A stretch of DNA of 64,000 bases, taken from assembly GCA_965238045.1 (NCBI GenBank), contig CBDEGU010000012.1, positions 1,685,075 through 1,749,074 on the forward strand, read 5' to 3'. The notes beneath the pieces were generated by a model. It saw only the letters and a program-made list of their open reading frames with translations. It was not told the origin of the DNA and searched no databases. Numbering within the stretch: the stretch's first letter is position 1; each line of letters starts with the position of its first letter. The translations under genes and the position numbers were made by a program. This document shows, in pieces, positions 1-8,599 of this stretch. This stretch comes from Bryobacterales bacterium. Its GTDB lineage: Bacteria; Acidobacteriota; Terriglobia; Bryobacterales; UBA6623.

Positions 1-165
1 TTCGACACGCCGAATATTCACTTCGTAACGATCCTCGACTTCGAGGATGCCGCCCGGCACGAAGGGCTGACCGTGGAACGGGCATACTTTCTCAGCGGAG
101 AGCGGCGCGTGCGCCTGTGGCGGTCCTTGTTCGCGGACGTGGCCGTCTATCAGCTTCGCAAGTAA
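1..165 (+). CDS. 3' end of an unidentified gene (partial, starts upstream of window)
   Basis: Frame 1 is open from nt 1 to TAA at 163-165 (...RSLFADVAVYQLRK*). No motif recognised. Confidence 0.3.
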   Translation, partial: FDTPNIHFVTILDFEDAARHEGLTVERAYFLSGERRVRLWRSLFADVAVYQLRK

Positions 166-301
166 CCCGTCCGGTCGCTTTCTGGCAGGCAAGGTCCTCC
201 CCGCCGGCGCTCAAACCCATCCTGACCAATCCTTACCTGCCGAGCACCGACCGACTACAATAGTACTCGCCCGTGCCTTTCGGGTTCGACAGGAGGACGA
301 T

Positions 302-1441
302 GTGAGATTCGACCGCAGAGAATTTCTCGCTGCTTCCGTCGCCGCCGCGACCGCTGCCTGCGGCAAGACGATCGAGCAACGCCAGGCAGGCGGTAGTGCA
401 TCCGGCGCTCTGTCGTCCGGCATCCCCGGCCCCTATCCCGGCCGCGTTGTGGCCGTGCATCACCCGGACAGTATTCTATCGGGCGCCTATCAGCCCGAGC
501 CCGTGCAACAGATGATCGAGCGCGGGCTCACCGAACTGACCCACGCGGGCAGTCTCGCCGAGAGTCTTGGCCAGTTTTTCGAACCAGGCGACGTCGTTGG
601 CATTAAGGTCAACGGCGTGGGCCGGCCGCATGTGATCTCCGATGCCTCGGTCCTCAACACTCTGATTGGCGGGCTCAACCAGGCCGGCATCCCGAATCGC
701 GACGTGGTCGTCTACGAGCGCACCAAGGCGTCGTTCACCGGGGCTGGTTTCGAGAAGTGGCTGCCCGACGGCGTGCGCTTCATGAATGCGACCGAGAAGT
801 ATCATGCGATCCAGCTCGACATGGATGGGTACGACCGCGACGTCTACATGGAGATGCCGCTTGTCCACCCCGATTACAAGTCCGAATACAGTCTCGACGA
901 CCCGCATATCCGCCGCTCCTACGTCGCGAAATGGCTGACTCGGGAGGTCAACAAAGTCATCAATATCTGCGTTCTGAAGCACCACCAGTCCGCCGGAGTG
1001 ACGCTAGCGCTCAAGAACATGTCGCACGGCTTCGTCAACAACGTAAACCGTAGTCACGCCTCGACGACGGCGAATGCTTGCGGAATTTTCATCCCCGCGG
1101 TGGTCGATCTGCCGATCATTCGAGAGAAGGTCGTGCTGCACGTGCTCGACGGGGTGAAAGCCGCCTATCACGGGGGCCCCGGAGGCAAAGTCGGCAAGTA
1201 CACCTGGGAGCACAAGACCATGTACTTCGCCACCGACCCGGTTGCGCTCGACAAGACTGGCTGGCGGGTGATCGACGCCAAGCGGGCGGAAGTTGGCGTG
1301 CCCTCGATCGCGCTCCTCAAGCCGGATGAAGATAGCAACTGGCTCAACTGTCAGGTCGAACACATCGAACTGGCCGGCAATATGGGTCTGGGCGTCTACG
1401 ACGACGAGAAGATCCGCCTCAAGCGCATCAACCTGACCTAG
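302..1441 (+). CDS. DUF362-like protein with twin-arginine (Tat) type leader
   Basis: 379-aa ORF. The N-terminus MRFDRREFLAASVAAATAACG is RR-leader-like. The body resembles DUF362 family proteins from memory. Confidence 0.65.
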   Translation: MRFDRREFLAASVAAATAACGKTIEQRQAGGSASGALSSGIPGPYPGRVVAVHHPDSILSGAYQPEPVQQMIERGLTELTHAGSLAESLGQFFEPGDVVGIKVNGVGRPHVISDASVLNTLIGGLNQAGIPNRDVVVYERTKASFTGAGFEKWLPDGVRFMNATEKYHAIQLDMDGYDRDVYMEMPLVHPDYKSEYSLDDPHIRRSYVAKWLTREVNKVINICVLKHHQSAGVTLALKNMSHGFVNNVNRSHASTTANACGIFIPAVVDLPIIREKVVLHVLDGVKAAYHGGPGGKVGKYTWEHKTMYFATDPVALDKTGWRVIDAKRAEVGVPSIALLKPDEDSNWLNCQVEHIELAGNMGLGVYDDEKIRLKRINLT

Positions 1442-1563
1442 CCCGGCGCCATTGCGTCCGCGAGGCCGCGCGGAAAAGAAATGCAGTTCCCGGCCGCTGG
1501 AGACCATCATGCAATTTGATCGCCGTGAAATTCTCGCCGCCTCGGTTGCCGCCGCCGCCCTAG

Positions 1564-3136
1564 GAGCCTGTCCGAGTATTGGTCATTTTCTTCTTTGAGA
1601 AAAAACACAAGTGGGCGATAATGGTTTATGGGAAAAACTTACCGCCCCTACCTTCCCGAGCAAGAACTGCTGCTGCCTCCTAGTTTGCGCGATTGGCTGC
1701 CGGAAAGCCACCTCGTCTACTTCGTCAGCGACGTGGTCGATCAACTGGATTTGTCGGCGATCGAGAAGGTCTATGAAAAGGAGTGGCGCGGCCAGCCGCC
1801 TTACCATCCGCGGCTGATGGTGAAGCTGCTGCTCTACGGCTACTGCCTGGGGGTGCGTTCCTCGCGCAAGATCGCCGAGCGTCTGGTCGAGGACGTGCCT
1901 TTTCGGGTGTTGGCGGCCGGCAATCAGCCCGACTTCCGCACGATTTCCGACTTTCGCAAGATCCACCTGGAAGCGCTGCACCAGCTGTTCGAGCAGGTGT
2001 TGCGGCTGGCGCTGGAAGCCGGGGCGATGAAGCTGGGTCGGGTGGCGCTGGACGGCACGAAGATGAAAGCCAACGCCTCCAAGCACAAGGCCATGAGTTG
2101 GGGGCGGATGAAGCAAACCGAGCAGCAGATTGCCGCCGAGGTCCAACAGATGCTGACCGAAGCGGAGAGGGCCGATGCCGCCGAGGACGCCCGCTACGGG
2201 CCTGAGCAGACGGGCCAGGAGCTGCCCGAGGAGTTGCAGCGCCGCCAGACGCGGCTGGAAAAGATTCGGCAAGCCCAGAGAGCCCTAAAACAAAGGGCGC
2301 GCGACAAAGCGGCCGCCCAAGACCACTCAGCCGACGACGTCCGCAAAGCGAAGCCGCGCGACAAGGATCAGTACAACTTCAGCGATCCGGAATCGCGCAT
2401 CATGAAAGGCGGCGACGGGTTCTTGCAGGCCTATAACGCGCAGGCGGCGGTGGAGGGGGTCTGTCAGTTGATCGTGGGGCAGACGGTGACGCAGGCGGCG
2501 AACGACAAACAACAACTGCAGCCGCTGCTCGAAGCGGTCGAGCAGCAGGCGGGGCAGCGGCCACAACAAGTGTTGGCCGACAGCGGCTATTGTTCGGAGC
2601 AGAATCTGCAATCTTTGGAATCGGCCGCCGCGCCGGAGAACAAGATTGAGGCTTACATCGCCACGAAGAAAGACAAGCACGGGGAGCGGCCACCGCCAGC
2701 GAAGCGCGGACCCTTGCGGCGGGGAGCAACGCGGCTGGAGCGGATGAAACGCAAATTGCAGACGCGGGCTGGAGCGAAGGTTTACGCCCAACGCAAGGGG
2801 ATCGTCGAGCCGGTGTTTGGTCAGATCAAACAGGGGCGCGGGATGCGAGGGTTTCTCTTGCGCGGGTTGGAGAAGGTGCGCGGCGAATGGGCGTTGATTT
2901 GCCTGACGCACAACATATTGAAGATGCACACCCTCTGCCATGGATAGCAAGAAGGAAATGCGGTTCGAAGAGTTCGCGGAGGCTTCTGCGGGGCGCGAGA
3001 AACTGCTGCCAGGCGGTGTTTGTCCATCCCGCCCGACTTCGACCGCCCGAGCCCTGCCTTTGCCGAACGAGTAAATCTCCCGCCGGAAATTCAACCCAGC
3101 ACCAAAACCGTGCCAAGCTGATACTCGGACGGACTC
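1564..3136 (+). mobile_element. IS1182-family (IS5-like) insertion sequence, 1573 bp
   Basis: The ends GAGCCTGTCCGAGTAT / ATACTCGGACGGACTC are imperfect inverted repeats. CTAG lies on both sides (1560-1563 and 3137-3140). It contains one transposase ORF. Confidence 0.8.
1628..2947 (+). CDS. IS1182-family DDE transposase
   Basis: 439-aa ORF. The motifs GQPPYHPRLMVKLLLYGYCLGVRSSRKI and ALDGTKMKANAS are typical of IS1182/IS5-type transposases. Confidence 0.85.
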   Translation: MGKTYRPYLPEQELLLPPSLRDWLPESHLVYFVSDVVDQLDLSAIEKVYEKEWRGQPPYHPRLMVKLLLYGYCLGVRSSRKIAERLVEDVPFRVLAAGNQPDFRTISDFRKIHLEALHQLFEQVLRLALEAGAMKLGRVALDGTKMKANASKHKAMSWGRMKQTEQQIAAEVQQMLTEAERADAAEDARYGPEQTGQELPEELQRRQTRLEKIRQAQRALKQRARDKAAAQDHSADDVRKAKPRDKDQYNFSDPESRIMKGGDGFLQAYNAQAAVEGVCQLIVGQTVTQAANDKQQLQPLLEAVEQQAGQRPQQVLADSGYCSEQNLQSLESAAAPENKIEAYIATKKDKHGERPPPAKRGPLRRGATRLERMKRKLQTRAGAKVYAQRKGIVEPVFGQIKQGRGMRGFLLRGLEKVRGEWALICLTHNILKMHTLCHG

Positions 3137-4081
3137 CTAGCTGGCTGGTTCGGTTACCGGCAATTTCTCAAGTCGGCACGGGGAGTTGTCGAGACGGTTG
3201 AGGAGTCGTCTTACGCGACGGATGCTGAGGGCCGGGCGAGAGAGCCGCTCGCGGACCGTCTGCTGAGCCAGTGGACTGGCGTGTTTCCGGATCCGCTCGC
3301 GGCGATGATCGAAAAGGAAATCAAGTACCTCTGGCGCAGTCCCCGCTTTCGGCTGCCCTTTTTCATGGGTTTTACCTTTGGCGTCTTCGCCTGGCTGCCG
3401 ATCATGAGCCAATGGTCGAGGCCCGGAACCATGGAGTGGATGCGCCAAAGTTCGCCGGCGCTGATCAGCTTGTACGCCTTCTTGCTGCTCGGCCCGGTCA
3501 TGTTCTTGAACCGGTTTGGTTTCGACCGCGCCGCGGTGAAGTGCTACTTCTGGCTGCCCCTGGGGTTGAAACCTCTGCTGATGGCGAAGAATCTGGCGAG
3601 CGCTTTCTTTGGGGCCGTCGAGGTGTTGCTGGTGATCGCGATGTGCGCGGTGTTCGGGCTGGTGACGGAAGCTTTCCAGGTCGTCGAAGCTGTCATGGTG
3701 GGCGCGATCGCGCTGCTCTACCTCTCGGCGATCGGAAATCACATGTCGGTTCGCTTCCCGATACCGAGCGATCCGGAGCGGATTTCGCGCGCCGGCACTG
3801 GCCATGGCGCCCGGGCGTTTGTTCAGTTCCTGCTATTTCCGATTTCCTTGTCGCCGATCCTCGCGGCCTTCCTGGCGCGCTATTTCCTCCAAAGCGAGAC
3901 GGCATACTTCGCGATGTTGGCGGCCTCCACCATCGCTGGCGTCGCCATCTACTTCGGGTCGCTGGGCGCCTCGGCCCGCTTCGGCCACAGAAATCGCGAA
4001 CACATGGTGATGTGCTTGTCGCAAACCGAGGGTCCGATCGCCATCGAGTAGGGGGCGGGCGGCTGACTATGGCCCGGCTGG

Positions 4082-5452
4082 CTATGGCATACCCGCGCCC
4101 GCCGTCCGCCGGACCAGATCGTCCACCTTGTCGGCAATGGTCTCTTCGACCGCCGAGCGGAACGGCCCGGGCAGTGACGTAAACAGCATCGCGTCGCCGC
4201 CCTCGTAGCCTCCTTCCCGCAGCACGCGCAGACTGGGAACGTAGCCGAAGACATCGTTGTTGTAGGACGATACCCAGGTGTCGTTCCAGCCGTAGGCGCC
4301 CTTGAATCGCAGCGAATAATCCACGACGACTTCGCCGGCCAGCGCGATGAAGGTGAGGCTGTCGCCGAACTGCCATACCTGCACCGGATAGGGGAAGTGT
4401 GTCATCAGCTTGCCTTCGTCCTCGAGGATCTTGAGCATCCGGCCGGCGTGCTCGCGCTTGCGGCGGTTCGCGTCCGAGAGCCGCTTGTCGAGTTCGGCCT
4501 TAGTCGGGGTGTTGAACGGCAGGTCGACCTTTTCGTAAGCGGCCCGCAGCGGACCCGCGAGGTCTTTCATTTTCTTGGCGAGCACCTCGGCGACCGCCGT
4601 CGCGAGGGTGTCACCATAACGCCGCGCCAGAACCTCGGTGCGCCGCGGCAGCGGATTCTGGTCGGCGCCGCAGCCGTTGACAAATAAGGCCACCGCGCCG
4701 GGATGGAGTTTCTCTACGGCGCTCTGCGCGAATCCTGGCCAGTCGCCGTTGATCTTGTAGTTGCTCAGCACGGTGGCGTGGCAGGCATAGCCGAAAGCGA
4801 CCGCGATCAAATCGCCGCCCGGTTTGCGAACCGCCAGCACCGGCACGTCGTGATCGGTGGGGCCGGGATACTCGCGGTGCCGCACGCGCCGGCGATTCAC
4901 CGCGAAGCCGGCCAGTCCCTGCTCATAGGAGAGCGTCGCGGGCGAGAGGTTCGTGATCGCCTCGTCGATCACGGCGACGACCTGCGCGATGAGCTTCGGC
5001 TGATAGCGGTTAATCGCCTCAATATGCTCGCGGTCGAGCTTGTAGGAAGGGTAGCGCCTCACACGGGTAATCGGCCCGCTATGAGTGTGCGAGGCATTGA
5101 GCACCAGACGTTCCCGCGGCAAGCGGTATCTCTTGGCGGCCAGGGCGGCGATCTTGTCGCCCACAATGTCGCGGAAGCCTCCAAGGTCGGCCGTCACCAG
5201 AACCGATACCGTGCCGCTTTCGTCCTCGATCGCCAGGGCCTTGGCATGAATCGGGTGCAGGACGCCCTCGGAAGGTTTCGTCCGCGCCGCGTAACCAGCC
5301 ATCCAGATGGACTCGGTGGGCGTGATGTCGACGCGCGCGACCCCGGCCTTCCAGGAACCCGCCGCCTCAAGCGGGCCCGCGGCCAGCAGCCAGGCAACCC
5401 CGCACGCGATAAGCAAGAAACTCTTGCGGGTGTGTGAATCGGGAAGTAGCAT
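4082..5452 (-). CDS. Neutral/alkaline ceramidase-like hydrolase, secreted
   Basis: 456-aa ORF with a signal-like N-terminus. GVARVDITPTESIWMAGYA...HPIHAKALAIED...VLVTADL matches the ceramidase N-terminal domain pattern. Confidence 0.6.
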   Translation of the reverse strand: MLLPDSHTRKSFLLIACGVAWLLAAGPLEAAGSWKAGVARVDITPTESIWMAGYAARTKPSEGVLHPIHAKALAIEDESGTVSVLVTADLGGFRDIVGDKIAALAAKRYRLPRERLVLNASHTHSGPITRVRRYPSYKLDREHIEAINRYQPKLIAQVVAVIDEAITNLSPATLSYEQGLAGFAVNRRRVRHREYPGPTDHDVPVLAVRKPGGDLIAVAFGYACHATVLSNYKINGDWPGFAQSAVEKLHPGAVALFVNGCGADQNPLPRRTEVLARRYGDTLATAVAEVLAKKMKDLAGPLRAAYEKVDLPFNTPTKAELDKRLSDANRRKREHAGRMLKILEDEGKLMTHFPYPVQVWQFGDSLTFIALAGEVVVDYSLRFKGAYGWNDTWVSSYNNDVFGYVPSLRVLREGGYEGGDAMLFTSLPGPFRSAVEETIADKVDDLVRRTAGAGMP

Positions 5453-5616
5453 CGAATGCCTCCTGCACAGGTAGCGTGCCCGGGTTCGAACCGCTCAGAA
5501 CCGAGTTCTATTAAAGCGCACTTGGCCCGGGGACAGGACATTTCGTCGAGGGCGGCACACATGAAGACGTGCACAGCTCCAGAGCGGCCCGATCTGGCCC
5601 TTATTGCCGGGCTACG

Positions 5617-7257
5617 CTATTGCAAGGTGATATTGTGGGCTTCCAGCAATTCGCCCGTCGCTTGGAGCAGCGTCAGGCGGCTGCGGCGATAGGAGATGGC
5701 CTGGGTGAGGACTTGCGCCTCGGCGTCCACCAGGTCGTTCTGCGCCTCGAGCACGAAGAAGGCTGTGTTGACGCCGAGATCGTACTTCTTCTGCTCGGCG
5801 TCGAGCCGCTTCTGGGCGAAGCCTTGGGCCACAGTCGCCTGCTGCACGGCGGCCTTGCTCAATTCGACGCCCGCGACGGCCTGCAGCACTTCCAGCCGGA
5901 CGGCCTGTTCGTCGCCGCGCAGGATGTAAAGGTCGCGCTTTTTCTGAATGACCGCATCCGCGAGATCGGCGGCGGCGCTGCGGTTCCGCAGCGGCAACTG
6001 CAAGGTCAAGGTGGCGCCATAGCTCGGGAAATTGAACCCGAAGAGCTGGCTGAAGGCCTCGGGAAATCCCCCCGGCACGATCTCTCCGACCGACCCGCCC
6101 AAACCCGAGCGGTCGATGAAATTGCCGCCGATGCCGCTCGACGAATAGTTGGCGCTGAGGGCAAGATTGGGGCGCATGTCGTTATTCGAGCCCTTGATGC
6201 TGAGGTCACTGATCTCGATAGCCCGGCGGCTCTGCGCCAATTCCGGGCGGCGGGAGAGGGCCAGCAATACTGTTTCTTCCGCGTCGATCGTATCGGAATA
6301 CGCCGCCGGCTGAATCGGCTCGGTCAGCACGATAGGAAGATTGCGAAAGTCGGGGTCAAGATCGGCTCCCATCCAGCGATGCACCGCGTCCTTGGCTTGC
6401 TCAAACCGGTACCGCTCCTGCGTTACGCGGACTTGCGCGTTGGCGAAGTTCTGTTCCGGCTGATAGATGTCTAGAGGCGAGATCGCGCCCAACTCGAGCC
6501 GGCGTTTCTCTTGCTCCAAGAAGGCGCGCGATATTTCCAGATTGTTCTCCTGCACTCGAAGCTGCTCGCGAGCGTTGACCGCGTCCCAGTAGTCGTTTTC
6601 GGCCAGAAACAGCAATCCGATCACCCGCTCCCGCACCTGCTCGCGGGTAAACTCAAGCCGCGACTGGGCGATCAAGATTGGGATGCGCTGGATCGAGCGC
6701 CCGCGCCCGCGCAGAAGCTGCTGCCGCAGGGTGAACCGCAGAGACTGCCCGATGCTCGGATTGAAGCTCGCGAACTGGCTGTTGTCAGCCCGCCGCGACC
6801 CCGAATACGCGATCGTGTAGTTGGTTCCGGTATCTAAATTCTGGCTATAAGTCGTACCGCCGCTATGGACGAGCTGGGTTCGGACATCCGCGCCGGCGAG
6901 TTGATCCGCCGAGGGAGTTGTGGACCGGTTGACACCGAGGTTAACGCTCACGAAGGGGTCAAACGGGCTATAGGCGCGCTGGATACTGTTCTTCTGTTCA
7001 AGAATCGATAGCTTCTGCAGGTTAATATCGGGGCTGTTCGCCATCACCAGTTCGACGTAGGCGCGTAGCGGCAGTTCCAGCTGGCCGTCAAAGAGAACGT
7101 CCGCGAGCCGCGTGGCCTCTTCAATCTCCACCGCCAAGGGCGCCCGGCCCCATTGCTCGCGAAAATACGTTTTGGTCGGGAAGGTATGAAACTGAGCCGG
7201 CAGCGTGATGCAGGTGATCAACAGCAGCGTGGTGTATTTTTCCAGTATGGCTCTCAT
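5617..7257 (-). CDS. TolC-family outer membrane efflux protein
   Basis: 546-aa ORF with a signal peptide. It has duplicated coiled-coil/beta-barrel repeat character (LSILEQKNSIQRAYSPFDP..., AVQQATVAQGFAQKRLDAEQKKYDLG). It is the last gene of the efflux block. Confidence 0.8.
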   Translation of the reverse strand: MRAILEKYTTLLLITCITLPAQFHTFPTKTYFREQWGRAPLAVEIEEATRLADVLFDGQLELPLRAYVELVMANSPDINLQKLSILEQKNSIQRAYSPFDPFVSVNLGVNRSTTPSADQLAGADVRTQLVHSGGTTYSQNLDTGTNYTIAYSGSRRADNSQFASFNPSIGQSLRFTLRQQLLRGRGRSIQRIPILIAQSRLEFTREQVRERVIGLLFLAENDYWDAVNAREQLRVQENNLEISRAFLEQEKRRLELGAISPLDIYQPEQNFANAQVRVTQERYRFEQAKDAVHRWMGADLDPDFRNLPIVLTEPIQPAAYSDTIDAEETVLLALSRRPELAQSRRAIEISDLSIKGSNNDMRPNLALSANYSSSGIGGNFIDRSGLGGSVGEIVPGGFPEAFSQLFGFNFPSYGATLTLQLPLRNRSAAADLADAVIQKKRDLYILRGDEQAVRLEVLQAVAGVELSKAAVQQATVAQGFAQKRLDAEQKKYDLGVNTAFFVLEAQNDLVDAEAQVLTQAISYRRSRLTLLQATGELLEAHNITLQ

Positions 7258-7341
7258 TCTATTCTCGAAAAAGCAAACTGTATCCCGGAATCGCCGCGGA
7301 ACGGTCCATGCCGAACGGGATGCGGGAGAGAAGAGGTCCGG

Positions 7342-8598
7342 CTACTCGTAACGCATGGCCTCGATCGGATCCAGTTTCGCGGCTTGGGTCGCCGGATAGA
7401 TCCCGAATAGCAGGCCGATAAACACCGACACGCCGAAGGCGACGCCGATCGAGTCGCTCTGAACGACGGTCGACCAGCCGGCAATAGCGGCGATCACGCG
7501 GGAGCCGCCGAAACCGGCGGCGATTCCGATCAGTCCGCCGGCGATGGAAATCATGACGGCCTCAATCAGAAACTGTCGTACAATGTCGCGGCGCCGGGCG
7601 CCGATCGCCCGCCGAATGCCGATTTCTCGCGTCCGCTCAAGCACCGTCGCCAGCATAATGTTCATGATACCGATCCCGCCGACCAGCAGCGAGATCCCAG
7701 CAATGCAGATCATCACCATGGCGAAGATATCTTGCGTCTTCTGCCGTTGCGCCAGCAGGCCGGCTGGAACGATGACCGTAAAGTCACCCGCATCGTTATG
7801 AGTGGCCGCGAGAATGGCGCGTACGACCTCCGCGGTCTCAATCGGGTCGGCGTCGCTTTCGACTCGAATGAACACGCCGTCGACTTCGTCCTTCAGGTAG
7901 CTATTGGTATCGTCAAAACGGCGCATGACCGTGTTCAGCGGCGCGACGACCAGATTGTTCTGGTCGTCCGAGGAAAGTCCCTCGATCTTGGCTTCGGCCG
8001 AGGCCTGCGGCGCCATCACTCCCACAACCCGCAGCCACACGCTGTTGATCTTGACGTATTTTCCGATCGCCGGACCGTAGCCGAGAAGATTGATCTTCAC
8101 CCGCTCGCCCAGCACGCAGACCGGTTCGGAACGCAAATTCTGGTCTTCGGTGAAAAATTGCCCTTCCAGCAGCGCCACGCTGTAAATATCGGTGTAGCTC
8201 GGCAGCACGCCGATGAGAGTCGGCAACTCCTGGTCCGAGCGCGGCAGCACGCTGGTCGGAAGAAAACGCTTGCGCGGCGACATCGCCTCGACGTTCGGTG
8301 TATTCTCGCGCAGTGCTCTAAAATCACGGAAGCTCAATCCGGCCGAGACTTCGCGAACCGCCAGCAGCGAGTCGCGATCGACGGCTTCGTTGGCCTCGAC
8401 GATGATGTTGTTCACTCCCAGCAGATCGATCTGGCGCAGGGTTTCCTGCTGCGCCCCGGCCGTGATCGAGAGCATCACGACGACCGCTCCCACGCCGAAG
8501 ATCATTCCCAGCATGGTCAGCAGCGAGCGCAGCTTGTGCGCCAGCAGACTCGAGAGGCCCATCCACAATTCGGGCAGCAGGTTTGCAAGCGAGAACAT
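7342..8598 (-). CDS. MacB/FtsX-type ABC transporter permease (no ATPase domain)
   Basis: I chose the start MFSLANLLPELWMGLSSLLAHKLRSLLTMLGMIFGVGAVV (ATG 8598), 1 nt after the upstream stop. The C-terminal FtsX-type motif ERTREIGIRRAIGARRRDI is present. Confidence 0.8.
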   Translation of the reverse strand: MFSLANLLPELWMGLSSLLAHKLRSLLTMLGMIFGVGAVVVMLSITAGAQQETLRQIDLLGVNNIIVEANEAVDRDSLLAVREVSAGLSFRDFRALRENTPNVEAMSPRKRFLPTSVLPRSDQELPTLIGVLPSYTDIYSVALLEGQFFTEDQNLRSEPVCVLGERVKINLLGYGPAIGKYVKINSVWLRVVGVMAPQASAEAKIEGLSSDDQNNLVVAPLNTVMRRFDDTNSYLKDEVDGVFIRVESDADPIETAEVVRAILAATHNDAGDFTVIVPAGLLAQRQKTQDIFAMVMICIAGISLLVGGIGIMNIMLATVLERTREIGIRRAIGARRRDIVRQFLIEAVMISIAGGLIGIAAGFGGSRVIAAIAGWSTVVQSDSIGVAFGVSVFIGLLFGIYPATQAAKLDPIEAMRYE

Positions 8599-8599
8599 T

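Larger units (their letters stand above)
1509..4051 (+). pseudogene. Multi-pass membrane protein gene (ABC-2-permease-like) split by an IS1182-family insertion
   Basis: The 5' 55 nt (ATG 1509, MQFDRREILAASVAAAAL) and 3141-4051 join in frame once 1564-3140 is removed. There is no stop across 3141-3280. The 3' part is the 3281..4051 ORF (EKEIKYLWRSPRF..., several hydrophobic segments). Confidence 0.5.

Noticed and set aside
3271-4182. 303-aa plus-strand ORF overlapping the membrane-protein ORF in another frame
   Set aside because: Its Arg/Gly/Pro-rich composition is typical of an off-frame translation of GC-rich coding DNA. The 3281 frame gives hydrophobic helices and is preferred.
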